This document shows, piece by piece, positions 27,600 to 36,107 of a stretch of 64,000 nt of DNA; within the stretch, counting starts at the first letter, position 1; the number at the start of each line of letters is the position of its first letter. A program made the translations under genes and the position numbers. The notes under the pieces are model-generated. The model searched no databases. It saw only the letters and a list, made by a program, of their open reading frames with translations, and was not told the DNA's origin. The stretch covers positions 78,616 through 142,615 of the forward strand of contig JAMXCW010000005.1 in the NCBI GenBank assembly GCA_024451685.1, given 5' to 3'. The stretch is from Candidatus Bathyanammoxibius amoris (GTDB lineage Bacteria > Planctomycetota > Brocadiia > Brocadiales > Bathyanammoxibiaceae).

Positions 27600-27803
27600 G
27601 ACCCACTCTGCGGCACCCTCCATGTCGAGCAAGCTCGACCGCTACATAGTAGATTGTAGCGGCAGAGTTTACTCTACTTAAGACTGTCGCAGCAGAATTT
27701 ATCCACCTCTTGCGGGCCTTCAGGTCTGTCCGATTGCGGACAGGTTTAAAAACCTGTCCCTACGGCAGACATTTGGGTAGGCACGAGGGCCTGCCCCTAC
27801 AAC
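27600..27803. repeat. REP-like palindrome cluster A (GTAG/CTAC-headed hairpins)
   Basis: Modules are gtcgagcaagctcgaccgctaca (27624-27646), tgtagcggcagagtttactct (27655-27675), ggacaggtttaaaaacctgtccctac (27738-27763) and gtaggcacgagggcctgcccctaca (27777-27801). The first two recur at 29475-29497 and 29346-29366. Confidence 0.8.
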
Positions 27804-29339
27804 TTAATTCAATCTCCCTGTCTTTTCCTCCACCGCCGCTACTATTGTACCGCTGTGGAGGAGACCGTAGACGGTCTCTATATCGTTGGACAGTATCCTG
27901 TCCACCTCCATGTGTGTGACGTGCTCCCTGATGAGGTTATATGCGGCGAGGGTGCCGCCTCCGGGCCTCAGGTTGGTGAACAGGTCGAGTGCCTGGGCCG
28001 CGCAGAGCAGTTCTATGGCTATGACGTATTCCGCGTTCTTTAGGACATCCCGGCACTTCCGGGCGGCGATGGTGCCCATGCTGACGTGGTCTTCCTTGTT
28101 GGCGGACGTGGGGATAGAATCCACGGTGGCCGGGTGCGAGAGGACCTTGTTCTCTGACACAAGTGCTGCGGCGGTGTACTGGGCCAGCATCAGGCCTGAG
28201 TTAAGGCCGGGATTTTTGGTAAGAAAGGCGGGCAGCCCGCTGAGCTGCGGGTTGACCAGCCGCTCTGTCCTGCGCTCTGATATATTGCCCAGTTCGGCGA
28301 GGCCTATAGTGAGGAAATCCATCGCAAGGCCAACAGGCTGGCCGTGGAAGTTGCCGCCGTTGAGTATCTCGCCCGTTTCATGGAATACCATAGGATTGTC
28401 TGTGGCCGAATTCATCTCCGTTTCGATTGTCTCTCTGGCATAGCTGAGTGCGTCTTTGGATGCCCCGTGGACCTGCGGGCTGCACCGTATCGTATAGGCG
28501 CTCTGCACCCGTTCAAAGTCCTTGTGTGATGTGGTGATGGCACTTCCGGCGGTTATCTTCCGGAGGTTCTCGGCGGATTGTGACTGGCCGGGATGGGGTC
28601 TCGCAAGATGGATTTTGGGGTTTAGTTCCATGTTTGAACCGCTGAGCACCTCAAGGGTCATAGCGGCCGCTATATCGGCGGCTTTCGCCAGATTACTGGA
28701 ACCGTAGACGGCCAGCGCACCCAAGGCTGTCATCACCTGAGTGCCGTTAATGAGGGCAAGTCCTTCGCCTTCCTGAAGTTGCAATTTCGATATACCGGCC
28801 TTCCTCATGGCCTCCGCGCCGGACACACGTTCGTTATTGTAGACGGCTTCACCCTCGCCAATCATTACCAGCCCCATATGGGCCAGCGGCGCGAGGTCGC
28901 CGCTTGCGCCAACGGAACCCTTCTCCGGGATGACGGGGAGAACGCCCTTATTGGCCATCTCCACGAGTGTATTGACGGTGCCCGGCCGTATCCCGCTAAA
29001 GCCCTTGGCGAGGCTGTTTACGCGAAGGGCCATGATGGCCCGTGTCGTCTCCCGGTCAAACGGACGTCCCACGCCGGCGGAATGGCTCAGCAGGATATTT
29101 CGCTGTAAATCCTTTGTCTGGTCCTTGGATAGTATAACGCCCGCGAGGGCCCCGAACCCGGTTGTGACGCCGTAGACGGTCTTTTTATCCCTGAGCGCGT
29201 CCGTAATTACACTCCTTGCCTTCCCCATTTCATCAGCGGCGGATGGCGCCAGGGATATTTTTGTCTCATGTTTCGCAATATCCGCCAGCTCCGCGATGGT
29301 CAGGTGGTTACCGTCTAAGTTTATCTCGTTCATTACCAT
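27804..29339 (-). CDS. hutH: histidine ammonia-lyase (aromatic amino-acid lyase family, MIO cofactor)
   Basis: GASGDLAPLAH (the Ala-Ser-Gly MIO-forming triad) in a 511-aa ORF with typical HAL length and blocks. HAL versus Tyr/Phe lyase is not resolved. Confidence 0.8.
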   Translation of the reverse strand: MVMNEINLDGNHLTIAELADIAKHETKISLAPSAADEMGKARSVITDALRDKKTVYGVTTGFGALAGVILSKDQTKDLQRNILLSHSAGVGRPFDRETTRAIMALRVNSLAKGFSGIRPGTVNTLVEMANKGVLPVIPEKGSVGASGDLAPLAHMGLVMIGEGEAVYNNERVSGAEAMRKAGISKLQLQEGEGLALINGTQVMTALGALAVYGSSNLAKAADIAAAMTLEVLSGSNMELNPKIHLARPHPGQSQSAENLRKITAGSAITTSHKDFERVQSAYTIRCSPQVHGASKDALSYARETIETEMNSATDNPMVFHETGEILNGGNFHGQPVGLAMDFLTIGLAELGNISERRTERLVNPQLSGLPAFLTKNPGLNSGLMLAQYTAAALVSENKVLSHPATVDSIPTSANKEDHVSMGTIAARKCRDVLKNAEYVIAIELLCAAQALDLFTNLRPGGGTLAAYNLIREHVTHMEVDRILSNDIETVYGLLHSGTIVAAVEEKTGRLN

Positions 29340-29750
29340 ATTGTCTGTAGCGGCAGAGTTTACTCTGCGGCTGTTGCAGTGCCAAAGTTTACTCTGCTGG
29401 TATCGCTATGTAGGGGCAGGTCCCCGTGTCTGCCCAGAGAATAAAGGGTAATCATCCGTCTCAGTCGGACCAAAGTCGAGCAAGCTCGACCGCTACAAAA
29501 TAAATTTGTTTTATTAACGACCGTAAAGGTTATTATCTACGTCTACCGGAAGCATCCCAGCATTATTGGTAGACAACTAGGTTTTACCTCGTTGCTTTGG
29601 GTGCCGCATGGTCATGCCGCGTTCAATCGCGGACAGGGACGAGCCCTGTCCCTACAAAAACAATTAACAATTTTGCGTAGGGACAGCTCGTGCCTGAGGC
29701 AGACCTACCTCTGGCGGGCTTTATGGTTGTCCGCAAACTCCGCAAACTTA
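29340..29750. repeat. REP-like palindrome cluster B
   Basis: Modules are tgtagcggcagagtttactct (29346-29366), tgtaggggcaggtccccgtgtctgccc (29409-29435), gtcgagcaagctcgaccgctaca (29475-29497), ggacagggacgagccctgtccctaca (29631-29656), gtagggacagctcgtgcctgaggcagacctac (29677-29708), and the direct duplicate ccgcaaact x2 (29731-29748). Confidence 0.8.
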
Positions 29751-29772
29751 TCAGTTCTGGTAAATTAGAGTT

Positions 29773-30609
29773 TCAAGAGTTAGTTGCCTCGTAATCATTT
29801 ATTTCTTGTCTTATTCGTTCAAACTGTTTTTTTAAATAAACAGGTATATGGTTTTCCAATCTATCGTAAGCATTACCAGAAAAGAGCCAAAACCTTTCGT
29901 AATGTTCAACGTTTGCTTTTAAAAATCCATCCAATCGTTCTTTGGGTGTGGGGTATCCCCACTCTTCTACTTGTAAAGTACACCAGTTTGCTAAATCGTC
30001 TATATGCAAAAGTGGGCCTATCGGGGATACAAAATATTTAATAGGCAGATTATTCTGTTTAGCGGAAGCATTGGCTTGTTCTATAGCATCTTTTAAATTT
30101 TGACGTGCTTCGCCTACTGATGGGTGTTCCCGTGGGAGTTTAAAAACAAAAGAACTATTCTTCTTAAGCTCTCTATATATTTTGTCAATTTGTTTTTTCC
30201 CCTTTATAGCCGCGGGCAGTAATCTGCCTCTTTCTATAGGTGTATCAAAAGCTTTAAGACATTTAAGTAACGCATTTAATATATTCTCTATCCTCTTTAT
30301 ATATTCTTGTTTTGTTATATTAAGCTGTGTCTTTTGAGACTTCTTTTCAATTTCTTCAGATTCTTTATATGCCTTTAAAACTACAACAAATATGGTGATT
30401 GGTATAATGCCCCATGTGAAAACCCATAGATGTTCAAATATGAAAGTTAAAATATTAATAAAATCGGTAGAATAGTTTGCTACGTACATCTGTGCAAATT
30501 GCATTATTCTATCTTTTAAAAGGTCTAAAATGAGCACTGGCACATAGTAAAGGCCATATCGCCATCTCTTGAGGAGCTGTTTCAGACATATTTTTGAGCG
30601 TGAATCCAT
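29773..30609 (-). CDS. hypothetical membrane protein, AT-rich orphan with no recognisable motif
   Basis: 278-aa ORF with hydrophobic segments near residues 18-32 and 49-80, then a charged, helical-looking domain of about 190 aa. G+C is much lower than in the neighbours: a hand count gives 35 of 120 nt over 29761-29880. Confidence 0.6.
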   Translation of the reverse strand: MDSRSKICLKQLLKRWRYGLYYVPVLILDLLKDRIMQFAQMYVANYSTDFINILTFIFEHLWVFTWGIIPITIFVVVLKAYKESEEIEKKSQKTQLNITKQEYIKRIENILNALLKCLKAFDTPIERGRLLPAAIKGKKQIDKIYRELKKNSSFVFKLPREHPSVGEARQNLKDAIEQANASAKQNNLPIKYFVSPIGPLLHIDDLANWCTLQVEEWGYPTPKERLDGFLKANVEHYERFWLFSGNAYDRLENHIPVYLKKQFERIRQEINDYEATNS

Positions 30610-30615
30610 GCGCCA

Positions 30616-30643
30616 ACTCTACTAGGCCAAAAACAACTGTCAA
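30616..30643 (-). promoter_or_regulatory. candidate promoter TTGACA-N16-TAGAGT immediately upstream of the orphan gene (leaderless-type geometry)
   Basis: The minus-strand -10 ends 6 nt before the ATG at 30609, and no Shine-Dalgarno sits between them. Confidence 0.35.
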
Positions 30644-30799
30644 GGGCAAAACGTGCGTCAAGTATATAAGCGTGCAAGAATCAAGCTGCCGTTAAGAAAG
30701 CAAAATAGGCCCATCAAACCAAAATCGTTAATTCCGCTCATTGAGAACATCCATTTCGTTTTTTAGCCTATTGCCTGATAACGTACCTTCTTTAGAAGG

Positions 30800-33706
30800 T
30801 CATTTAGCTGATTCCTCCACGATCGCGATTTCTTTTTTGGTCAGGCCGTAGAGTTCGTAGACCAGGTTGTCAATCTGCCTGTCCGTGGAGTCAATCTGGC
30901 GTTTGAGGACGGTCTTGTCGTGTTCCGTCTTCGCCTTTTGTAGTTTTTTGTTTAGGTCCAGCATCCTCTCCACCAAGCTTGCCGTTTTCTCCATCTCTCC
31001 GATTTCAACTTTTGGAATTATCAGTTGAGACTGTGCCCCCGGAGTTGCATGAACAAGTCCCCCCCCCAACGAGAAGTCAATAATCTGAGTTGCGAAGTAG
31101 AAGTTCTCCAATCGCGAGTTTACCATGCCCAAGATGAATTCTAGGGAGAGAGATGCATCCTGTTTGGCTCTTGTCAGGATGCCATGTGGTATTATGCAAA
31201 CCAGGCTTTGTTCAACATAGTAACCCTTACTATCCAGAGTGGCTACCAACTGCATTTTTGATAGCATTGATCGCGACACGATCTTTTTTGCCTCGAACAG
31301 CTCCGGTTGGCGGGGGCTGTACATCTCCTTGGGAATGTACCTTATGAAACGCTTCGAGGGGGACATTGCATAACGACAGATTTCTCGCCCTTCCATATAG
31401 GGCTTCACGTTTTTAGCTCTCGGCTCAGTAGTGACCAACCGATCTTTTCCGCCCTGTCCTTTGCCCTTTGCGCAAGAACGCAGGCCAAAGGTTACATAAC
31501 AGAGGTCATCTAGCCTCCAACTCTTTGCGCGAAGCTTATCACAGAGATCCTTAGCAGGTGAAAGCAGAGCGAGCTTTAGGCTGTGAAGGGGATTAGAACG
31601 AGCCGTTGCCTGAGGCCATTTGGAAGAGCTGGGATGGGTTAGTTCTTCGGGTTTCGCCGGACATAGGGTTTCGATTACAGAGTCCTCCTGCTTGTCCTTC
31701 TCACAGACGATCACACAATTCTTCACGATTGCGTTTTGGAAAACCTTAATATTTGATAAATCAGCGATAGTGGTAATCGAAGTTGCGGACAAGAGCAGTC
31801 GCCGCAAGCTTTCACAATTAGGCTGGTGGAGCGTCTGAATTGGGACAATGAACGAGATTCGTCCCTTCTCTGTTGCGAGCCGAATTGCCCTTTCAAAGAA
31901 CAGCAGATACACATCCCAAACATGAATTGCACAAGTGTACTTTGATTCAAAATATGCGGCCTGATAGGGGGAAAGGTCCCTAAATACGCGGACCCTAATA
32001 TACGGCGGATTGCCGATGACGGCGTCAAAGCCGCCGGATTTCATGATTTCGGGGAATTCGGCGTGCCAGTCAAAGGCGTTGATGCGGTACTGCTCGTCTG
32101 CATCTATATCCAAAAGGTTCATCTGCCGGTTGTCGTAAAAGTCGGGGCCGATGAGGGAGTTGCCACACTTTATGTTGTTGCCCAAATCGGGAAGTGCGCG
32201 TTCGTGAAACATCTTTAACTGTCTCGTCAGCGTCTCGCCGGATTCTCCCTCAAGCACCTTGAGGAGCAGAGACAACTTGGTCACCTCCACGGCCTGGGGG
32301 TCGATGTCAACGCCGTAGATGTTGTTGAGCAAAATCCGTTTGCGCTCGGCGGTGGTTAACTGCCACTCGCCACCCGCGGCCTGATACAGAACCTTTCTGT
32401 GCTTTTTCGGCCTGTCCTCCCCTACGTATTTGTCGCGGTGCCAGTCGAGCAGGTACTGATACGCCCCTATCAAGAATGACCCTGAGCCACACGCGGGGTC
32501 CAAGATTCTCAACTTGCTCACACCGCCGCGCGGGCCGGGCTTTTTGGCGTCGAGCAGTTTGCCGACGGTGTTCTTGACGATGTAGTCCACGATATATATG
32601 GGTGTGTAGTAAACACCCCCCGCCTTCTTGACCTCAGGCTTATAATCGATGGAGGCACGGTGGCCGGAGGTGAGGCTAATGACCTTGCCTAAGAACTGTT
32701 CATAGACCTGACCGAGTATATCGGCAGATAGTACTGAAAACTCGTAGGGGCTTTCGGGGTAGTAGAGGCTTTTGAAGATTTTTTGCAGGACCTTGTCGTC
32801 TATCTTAAGTCCGGGGGTCAGTTCATCCGGCGGTGTTGGACGGTCCTTTTCTTTATTGAAGTGGAATATGCCGGAGTTATACCGTGCGTCCGCGTCCCGG
32901 AAGAGTTTGCATAAACGCTGATAGACCTGGGTTCCGTTCTGCAGGGCCATGAGACGGCCATACTCCTCAATCCTCCGGTCTTCACATATTCGCAAGAAAA
33001 TAATCCGGTCGATAGTGCTCTGTACGGAGACGTTCAGTTCTCGCTGGGTGAGCTTTGAATTCCGCAGGGCTATATTGCGGGCGAGCATGTCGCGCCATAA
33101 CTCAACCTCTTTGAGGAATGCCTCATCCACGCTGGCCGTACCCCTTTTAGCCTTATGGGATTCGGCATATTTGTCGAAAGAACCCTTGAGTACGGCATCT
33201 TTGGAAAATACGGATGCGATCTCATCCCAGCGGTCAGCGTATTCCTTGTAGTTAAAATAGAGGGTGCGGGCGGTTGATGCCTTATCGGTCTTGACGGGTT
33301 TTACGCGGCAGTCATAGACCGCAAATTCCTCGAAGTCGGTGAGTATGCTCAGGGGAAGCTTTGCGGACCATGCGTAGCGGCGGAGTTGAAAGGCCGGGTC
33401 GGTATCGTCCTTGATACTTATTGCGGGTTTCTTGGCCTCGAGGAAGAACTTGCGTGTGCCACCGATACGGAAACAGTAGTCCGGGGCCTTCACAAACCCG
33501 CCTATTTTGATTGCGTCTTCGTGGATGACGTCTTTGTATGCCTCAGCCAGGCCATCTTCGTTGTCCATGTCCCAGCCGAGCAGTTTAAACAGAGGGTCGA
33601 TAAATTCTTTCCGGACCTGTGCTTCGTTATAATGGCCGGTTTTGTAGGCATCGAAATTGCGCTCGAATTTTTCGACCAGGCTCAAGAGCTTACGCGGTGC
33701 AGCCAT
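30800..33706 (-). CDS. type IIG restriction-modification enzyme (N-terminal PD-(D/E)xK nuclease, gamma-class N6-adenine methyltransferase, C-terminal TaqI-like specificity domain)
   Basis: PDYCF...FFLEAKKP nuclease motif, AdoMet motif ILDPACGSGSFL and catalytic GNPPYIRV. The YGVDIDPQAVEVTKLSL block is typical of Eco57I-like methylases. A single 968-aa polypeptide. Confidence 0.85.
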   Translation of the reverse strand: MAAPRKLLSLVEKFERNFDAYKTGHYNEAQVRKEFIDPLFKLLGWDMDNEDGLAEAYKDVIHEDAIKIGGFVKAPDYCFRIGGTRKFFLEAKKPAISIKDDTDPAFQLRRYAWSAKLPLSILTDFEEFAVYDCRVKPVKTDKASTARTLYFNYKEYADRWDEIASVFSKDAVLKGSFDKYAESHKAKRGTASVDEAFLKEVELWRDMLARNIALRNSKLTQRELNVSVQSTIDRIIFLRICEDRRIEEYGRLMALQNGTQVYQRLCKLFRDADARYNSGIFHFNKEKDRPTPPDELTPGLKIDDKVLQKIFKSLYYPESPYEFSVLSADILGQVYEQFLGKVISLTSGHRASIDYKPEVKKAGGVYYTPIYIVDYIVKNTVGKLLDAKKPGPRGGVSKLRILDPACGSGSFLIGAYQYLLDWHRDKYVGEDRPKKHRKVLYQAAGGEWQLTTAERKRILLNNIYGVDIDPQAVEVTKLSLLLKVLEGESGETLTRQLKMFHERALPDLGNNIKCGNSLIGPDFYDNRQMNLLDIDADEQYRINAFDWHAEFPEIMKSGGFDAVIGNPPYIRVRVFRDLSPYQAAYFESKYTCAIHVWDVYLLFFERAIRLATEKGRISFIVPIQTLHQPNCESLRRLLLSATSITTIADLSNIKVFQNAIVKNCVIVCEKDKQEDSVIETLCPAKPEELTHPSSSKWPQATARSNPLHSLKLALLSPAKDLCDKLRAKSWRLDDLCYVTFGLRSCAKGKGQGGKDRLVTTEPRAKNVKPYMEGREICRYAMSPSKRFIRYIPKEMYSPRQPELFEAKKIVSRSMLSKMQLVATLDSKGYYVEQSLVCIIPHGILTRAKQDASLSLEFILGMVNSRLENFYFATQIIDFSLGGGLVHATPGAQSQLIIPKVEIGEMEKTASLVERMLDLNKKLQKAKTEHDKTVLKRQIDSTDRQIDNLVYELYGLTKKEIAIVEESAK

Positions 33707-33746
33707 TTCCCCCCTCAGATAGACGGTTTACGCTACGTAGGCGTGT

Positions 33747-33775
33747 ATATTATTGATTTATATGCAGGCTTGCAA
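33747..33775 (-). promoter_or_regulatory. candidate promoter TTGCAA-N17-TAATAT upstream of the R-M gene
   Basis: The hexamers were read on the minus strand, about 40 nt upstream of the ATG at 33706. Confidence 0.3.
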
Positions 33776-33795
33776 GGTAAAGTTTTGTGGGCTTC

Positions 33796-34956
33796 CTACT
33801 GGACAGTTGTCTTGGCCGAACTTGATATCTCCTTGAGGGCTGAGAGTAATTGTACTATATCGTCTTTGGTATTGAAATAGCCGGGGCTTATGCGCACGGC
33901 ACCCTGGGGGAATGACCCTATATACCTGTGTATAAACGGCGCGCAGTGGAGCCCGGAGCGGGCGGCGATGCCGTAGGTCTCGTCCAGGATGCCGCCGGTC
34001 ACGGACGGTTCAAGATTTTTGATATTCAGGGCGGCGATGGGCAGCCTGTCTTTACTCCCTCCGGGCCCGTACAGGATAAACCCGTCGTTCCCCTCAAGGC
34101 CGTTGAGGATTTGTGTCAAAAGCTCCTGCCCGTGACGCATTATATTGTCGATACCCGTTTCCCCGATAAATTCGACGCCTGCCTTTAGTCCCACTATGCC
34201 CAGGAAGTTTGGCGTACCACCTTCCAGCCTGAACGGCAATTCCCCCGGATGTATGGGTGATTCCGAATCAAAGCCCGTTCCTCCCTCTCTCCACGCCGAG
34301 ATTTCCACCCTCTCCCCGACATACAGTCCACCCGTGCCCGGCGGGCCGAGAAGCCCTTTATGCCCGGTGAAGGCCAGGAGGTCTACGGCATCGTCCGCTA
34401 CGTTAATGGGCCAGACACCCGCCGACTGTGCGGCATCTATCATGACGATAAGCCCCTTCTCTCTGGCCAGCCTGCCGATTGCTTTTATGGGCTGTATGGT
34501 CCCAAGGACGTTCGAGGCATGTGTTATTACGATGAGCCGTGTTTGCGGGAGTATGGCCTCTTTGACGGCACCGGGATCGATAACACCTTCCGCTGAGGCC
34601 TCCACCCTCGTTACGGATATAATCCCTCTTTTCTCCAGACCGTACAGGGGTCTCGTGACCGAATTGTGCTCCAGGTTGGAGGTGATGACATGGTCGCCCT
34701 CCTTTAGGAGACCTTTGAGGGCCATGTTGATGGCGTCTGTGGCGTTAAGCGTGAACACGAGCCTCTCCGGCTCTTTCACGCCAAAGAGGTCGGCCAGGAG
34801 CTTTCGCGCCCCTTCCACCTCGCGTTCGGCCTCCATGGAAAGCCTGTAACCCGCCCTGCCGGGGTTTGCGGCCCTGTGGCGAAAAAACTCGTCAGTCGCG
34901 AGGTATACCTGCTCCGGTTTCGGGAAACTCGTGGCCGCGTTGTCGAGGTATATCAT
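33796..34956 (-). CDS. class V aminotransferase-fold cysteine desulfurase family protein (short-N-terminus NifS-like clade)
   Basis: MIYLDNAATSFPKP start, PLP lysine in FTGHKGLLGP and active-site Cys in SGLHCAP. 386 aa. Confidence 0.8.
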   Translation of the reverse strand: MIYLDNAATSFPKPEQVYLATDEFFRHRAANPGRAGYRLSMEAEREVEGARKLLADLFGVKEPERLVFTLNATDAINMALKGLLKEGDHVITSNLEHNSVTRPLYGLEKRGIISVTRVEASAEGVIDPGAVKEAILPQTRLIVITHASNVLGTIQPIKAIGRLAREKGLIVMIDAAQSAGVWPINVADDAVDLLAFTGHKGLLGPPGTGGLYVGERVEISAWREGGTGFDSESPIHPGELPFRLEGGTPNFLGIVGLKAGVEFIGETGIDNIMRHGQELLTQILNGLEGNDGFILYGPGGSKDRLPIAALNIKNLEPSVTGGILDETYGIAARSGLHCAPFIHRYIGSFPQGAVRISPGYFNTKDDIVQLLSALKEISSSAKTTVQ

Positions 34957-34968
34957 GCCGGTGTGTCC

Positions 34969-36021
34969 TTACATACCAATATATTTGGAGTAAAGGTCCT
35001 TTGCCAGTGCAGGTTCTTTTGTGCCCTGGATAATCGCCCTGCCGTCGGGGAATACGGCTATAGCGATGTCCTTGTGCCGTAATCTGAATCTGAGGAGGAA
35101 CGGGTTTTGTGTTACTTCGCCAAGTTCACCGAGACCGTTCAGGCGTGACGCCAGTTCTTCAAGCTTGACCCTCATGCCGTTCGGGGGGACTATCTGTACG
35201 GCATTGTTGCCGCATAGGGTGGTAGTCATTACGCCTGAGCGTACGTGGAGGAAGTCATATCTGCCCAGCCCGCAGGCGGGACATTCGTCCTGCCTGGCGT
35301 CTGAGAGGTCCAGTCTCTGCAGCGTCCATGTCCATGTGTCCACTTTCAGCAGGTCTTTTATCAGGGATTCCCGGTGGCCGGTTAATATCTTGAGGGCCTC
35401 GTTGGCCTGGATGGAACTTATGAGTTGAGCGGTTGGGCCCAGGATGCCGGCCGTCTCACAGGTAGGGGTGGTGCCGACAGGGGGTCTGGACTCAAGGAGA
35501 CATCTCAGGCACGGTGTTTCTCCCGGTATGATATTAATCAGCATCCCCTGGCTTCCAACGCACGCGGCGTAGACCCAGGGCGTGCGCGTCTTGACGGCGT
35601 AGTCGTTTATGAGGTACCGGGTCTCAAAATTGTCCGTACAGTCAAGGATAACGTCGGCGCCCGCGGCAAGGGTCTCTATGTTGGAGGGGTTTGCGTCGGC
35701 AACCACTCCTTCAATCTTTATAGAGGAGTTTATCCTACCTAAACTCTTTTCTGCCAGCGCTGCCTTTGGGAGGCCCGTTTTCAGGTCTTCTTCGTCGAAC
35801 AGGGATTGCCTCTGCAGGTTTGTTTCCTCAAGGAAGTCCCTGTCAACGATTCTAAGCCGTCCCACCCCGGCCCTTGCCAGCGTACCGGCCGATGCGCTGC
35901 CGGTGGCGCCGCAGCCAATTACCAGGGCGCAGCTCCTCGAAAGCCTTTTTTGGCCTTCCACGCCGATGGGCTGGAAGAGGATCTGACGTGAATATCTATT
36001 TATCAAAAATTCTTCTTCCAT
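34969..36021 (-). CDS. ThiF/MoeB-type E1-like adenylyltransferase
   Basis: RYSRQILF start, nucleotide loop IGCGATGS, Zn-type CLRC...CPACG pairs and a C-terminal domain ending ...DGRAIIQGT....A..LYSKYIGM as in Bacillus-type ThiF/MoeB. Confidence 0.85.
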   Translation of the reverse strand: MEEEFLINRYSRQILFQPIGVEGQKRLSRSCALVIGCGATGSASAGTLARAGVGRLRIVDRDFLEETNLQRQSLFDEEDLKTGLPKAALAEKSLGRINSSIKIEGVVADANPSNIETLAAGADVILDCTDNFETRYLINDYAVKTRTPWVYAACVGSQGMLINIIPGETPCLRCLLESRPPVGTTPTCETAGILGPTAQLISSIQANEALKILTGHRESLIKDLLKVDTWTWTLQRLDLSDARQDECPACGLGRYDFLHVRSGVMTTTLCGNNAVQIVPPNGMRVKLEELASRLNGLGELGEVTQNPFLLRFRLRHKDIAIAVFPDGRAIIQGTKEPALAKDLYSKYIGM

Positions 36022-36077
36022 GTTTAGTGTGGCGGGCCGGTGGTGAGAGATTGGGGAAGGATGCGTGTTCCTGGGAG

Positions 36078-36107
36078 GAAAAGGCCAAGGGCTGACGGAT
36101 AGCCCTT
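36078..36107 (-). terminator. candidate intrinsic terminator (aagggct-N7-agccctt followed by TTTT)
   Basis: A 7-bp stem overlaps the stop codon of the 225-aa gene, and the minus strand continues GGCCTTTTCC. This would separate that gene from thiF. Confidence 0.4.

Noticed and set aside
29620-29645. tRNA 3'-fragment-like T-arm (ccgcg-ttcaat-cgcgg) as a possible integration scar next to the AT-rich gene
   Set aside because: The loop is 6 nt rather than 7, and no acceptor-stem or CCA-like continuation follows. The hairpin runs straight into another REP-like palindrome.
27479-29772. Possible CRISPR array, given the many short repeats
   Set aside because: The repeats are heterogeneous palindromes with irregular spacing, and they are split by a 1.5-kb gene. 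There is no constant repeat/spacer periodicity and no cas genes are present.
33796-36021. Idea that the desulfurase next to the R-M gene marks a DNA phosphorothioation (Dnd/Ssp-type) system
   Set aside because: No DndB/C/D/E or SspB/C/D-like genes are present. The desulfurase is paired with a ThiF/MoeB E1 typical of cofactor or tRNA sulfur transfer, so the adjacency to the R-M gene is probably coincidental.
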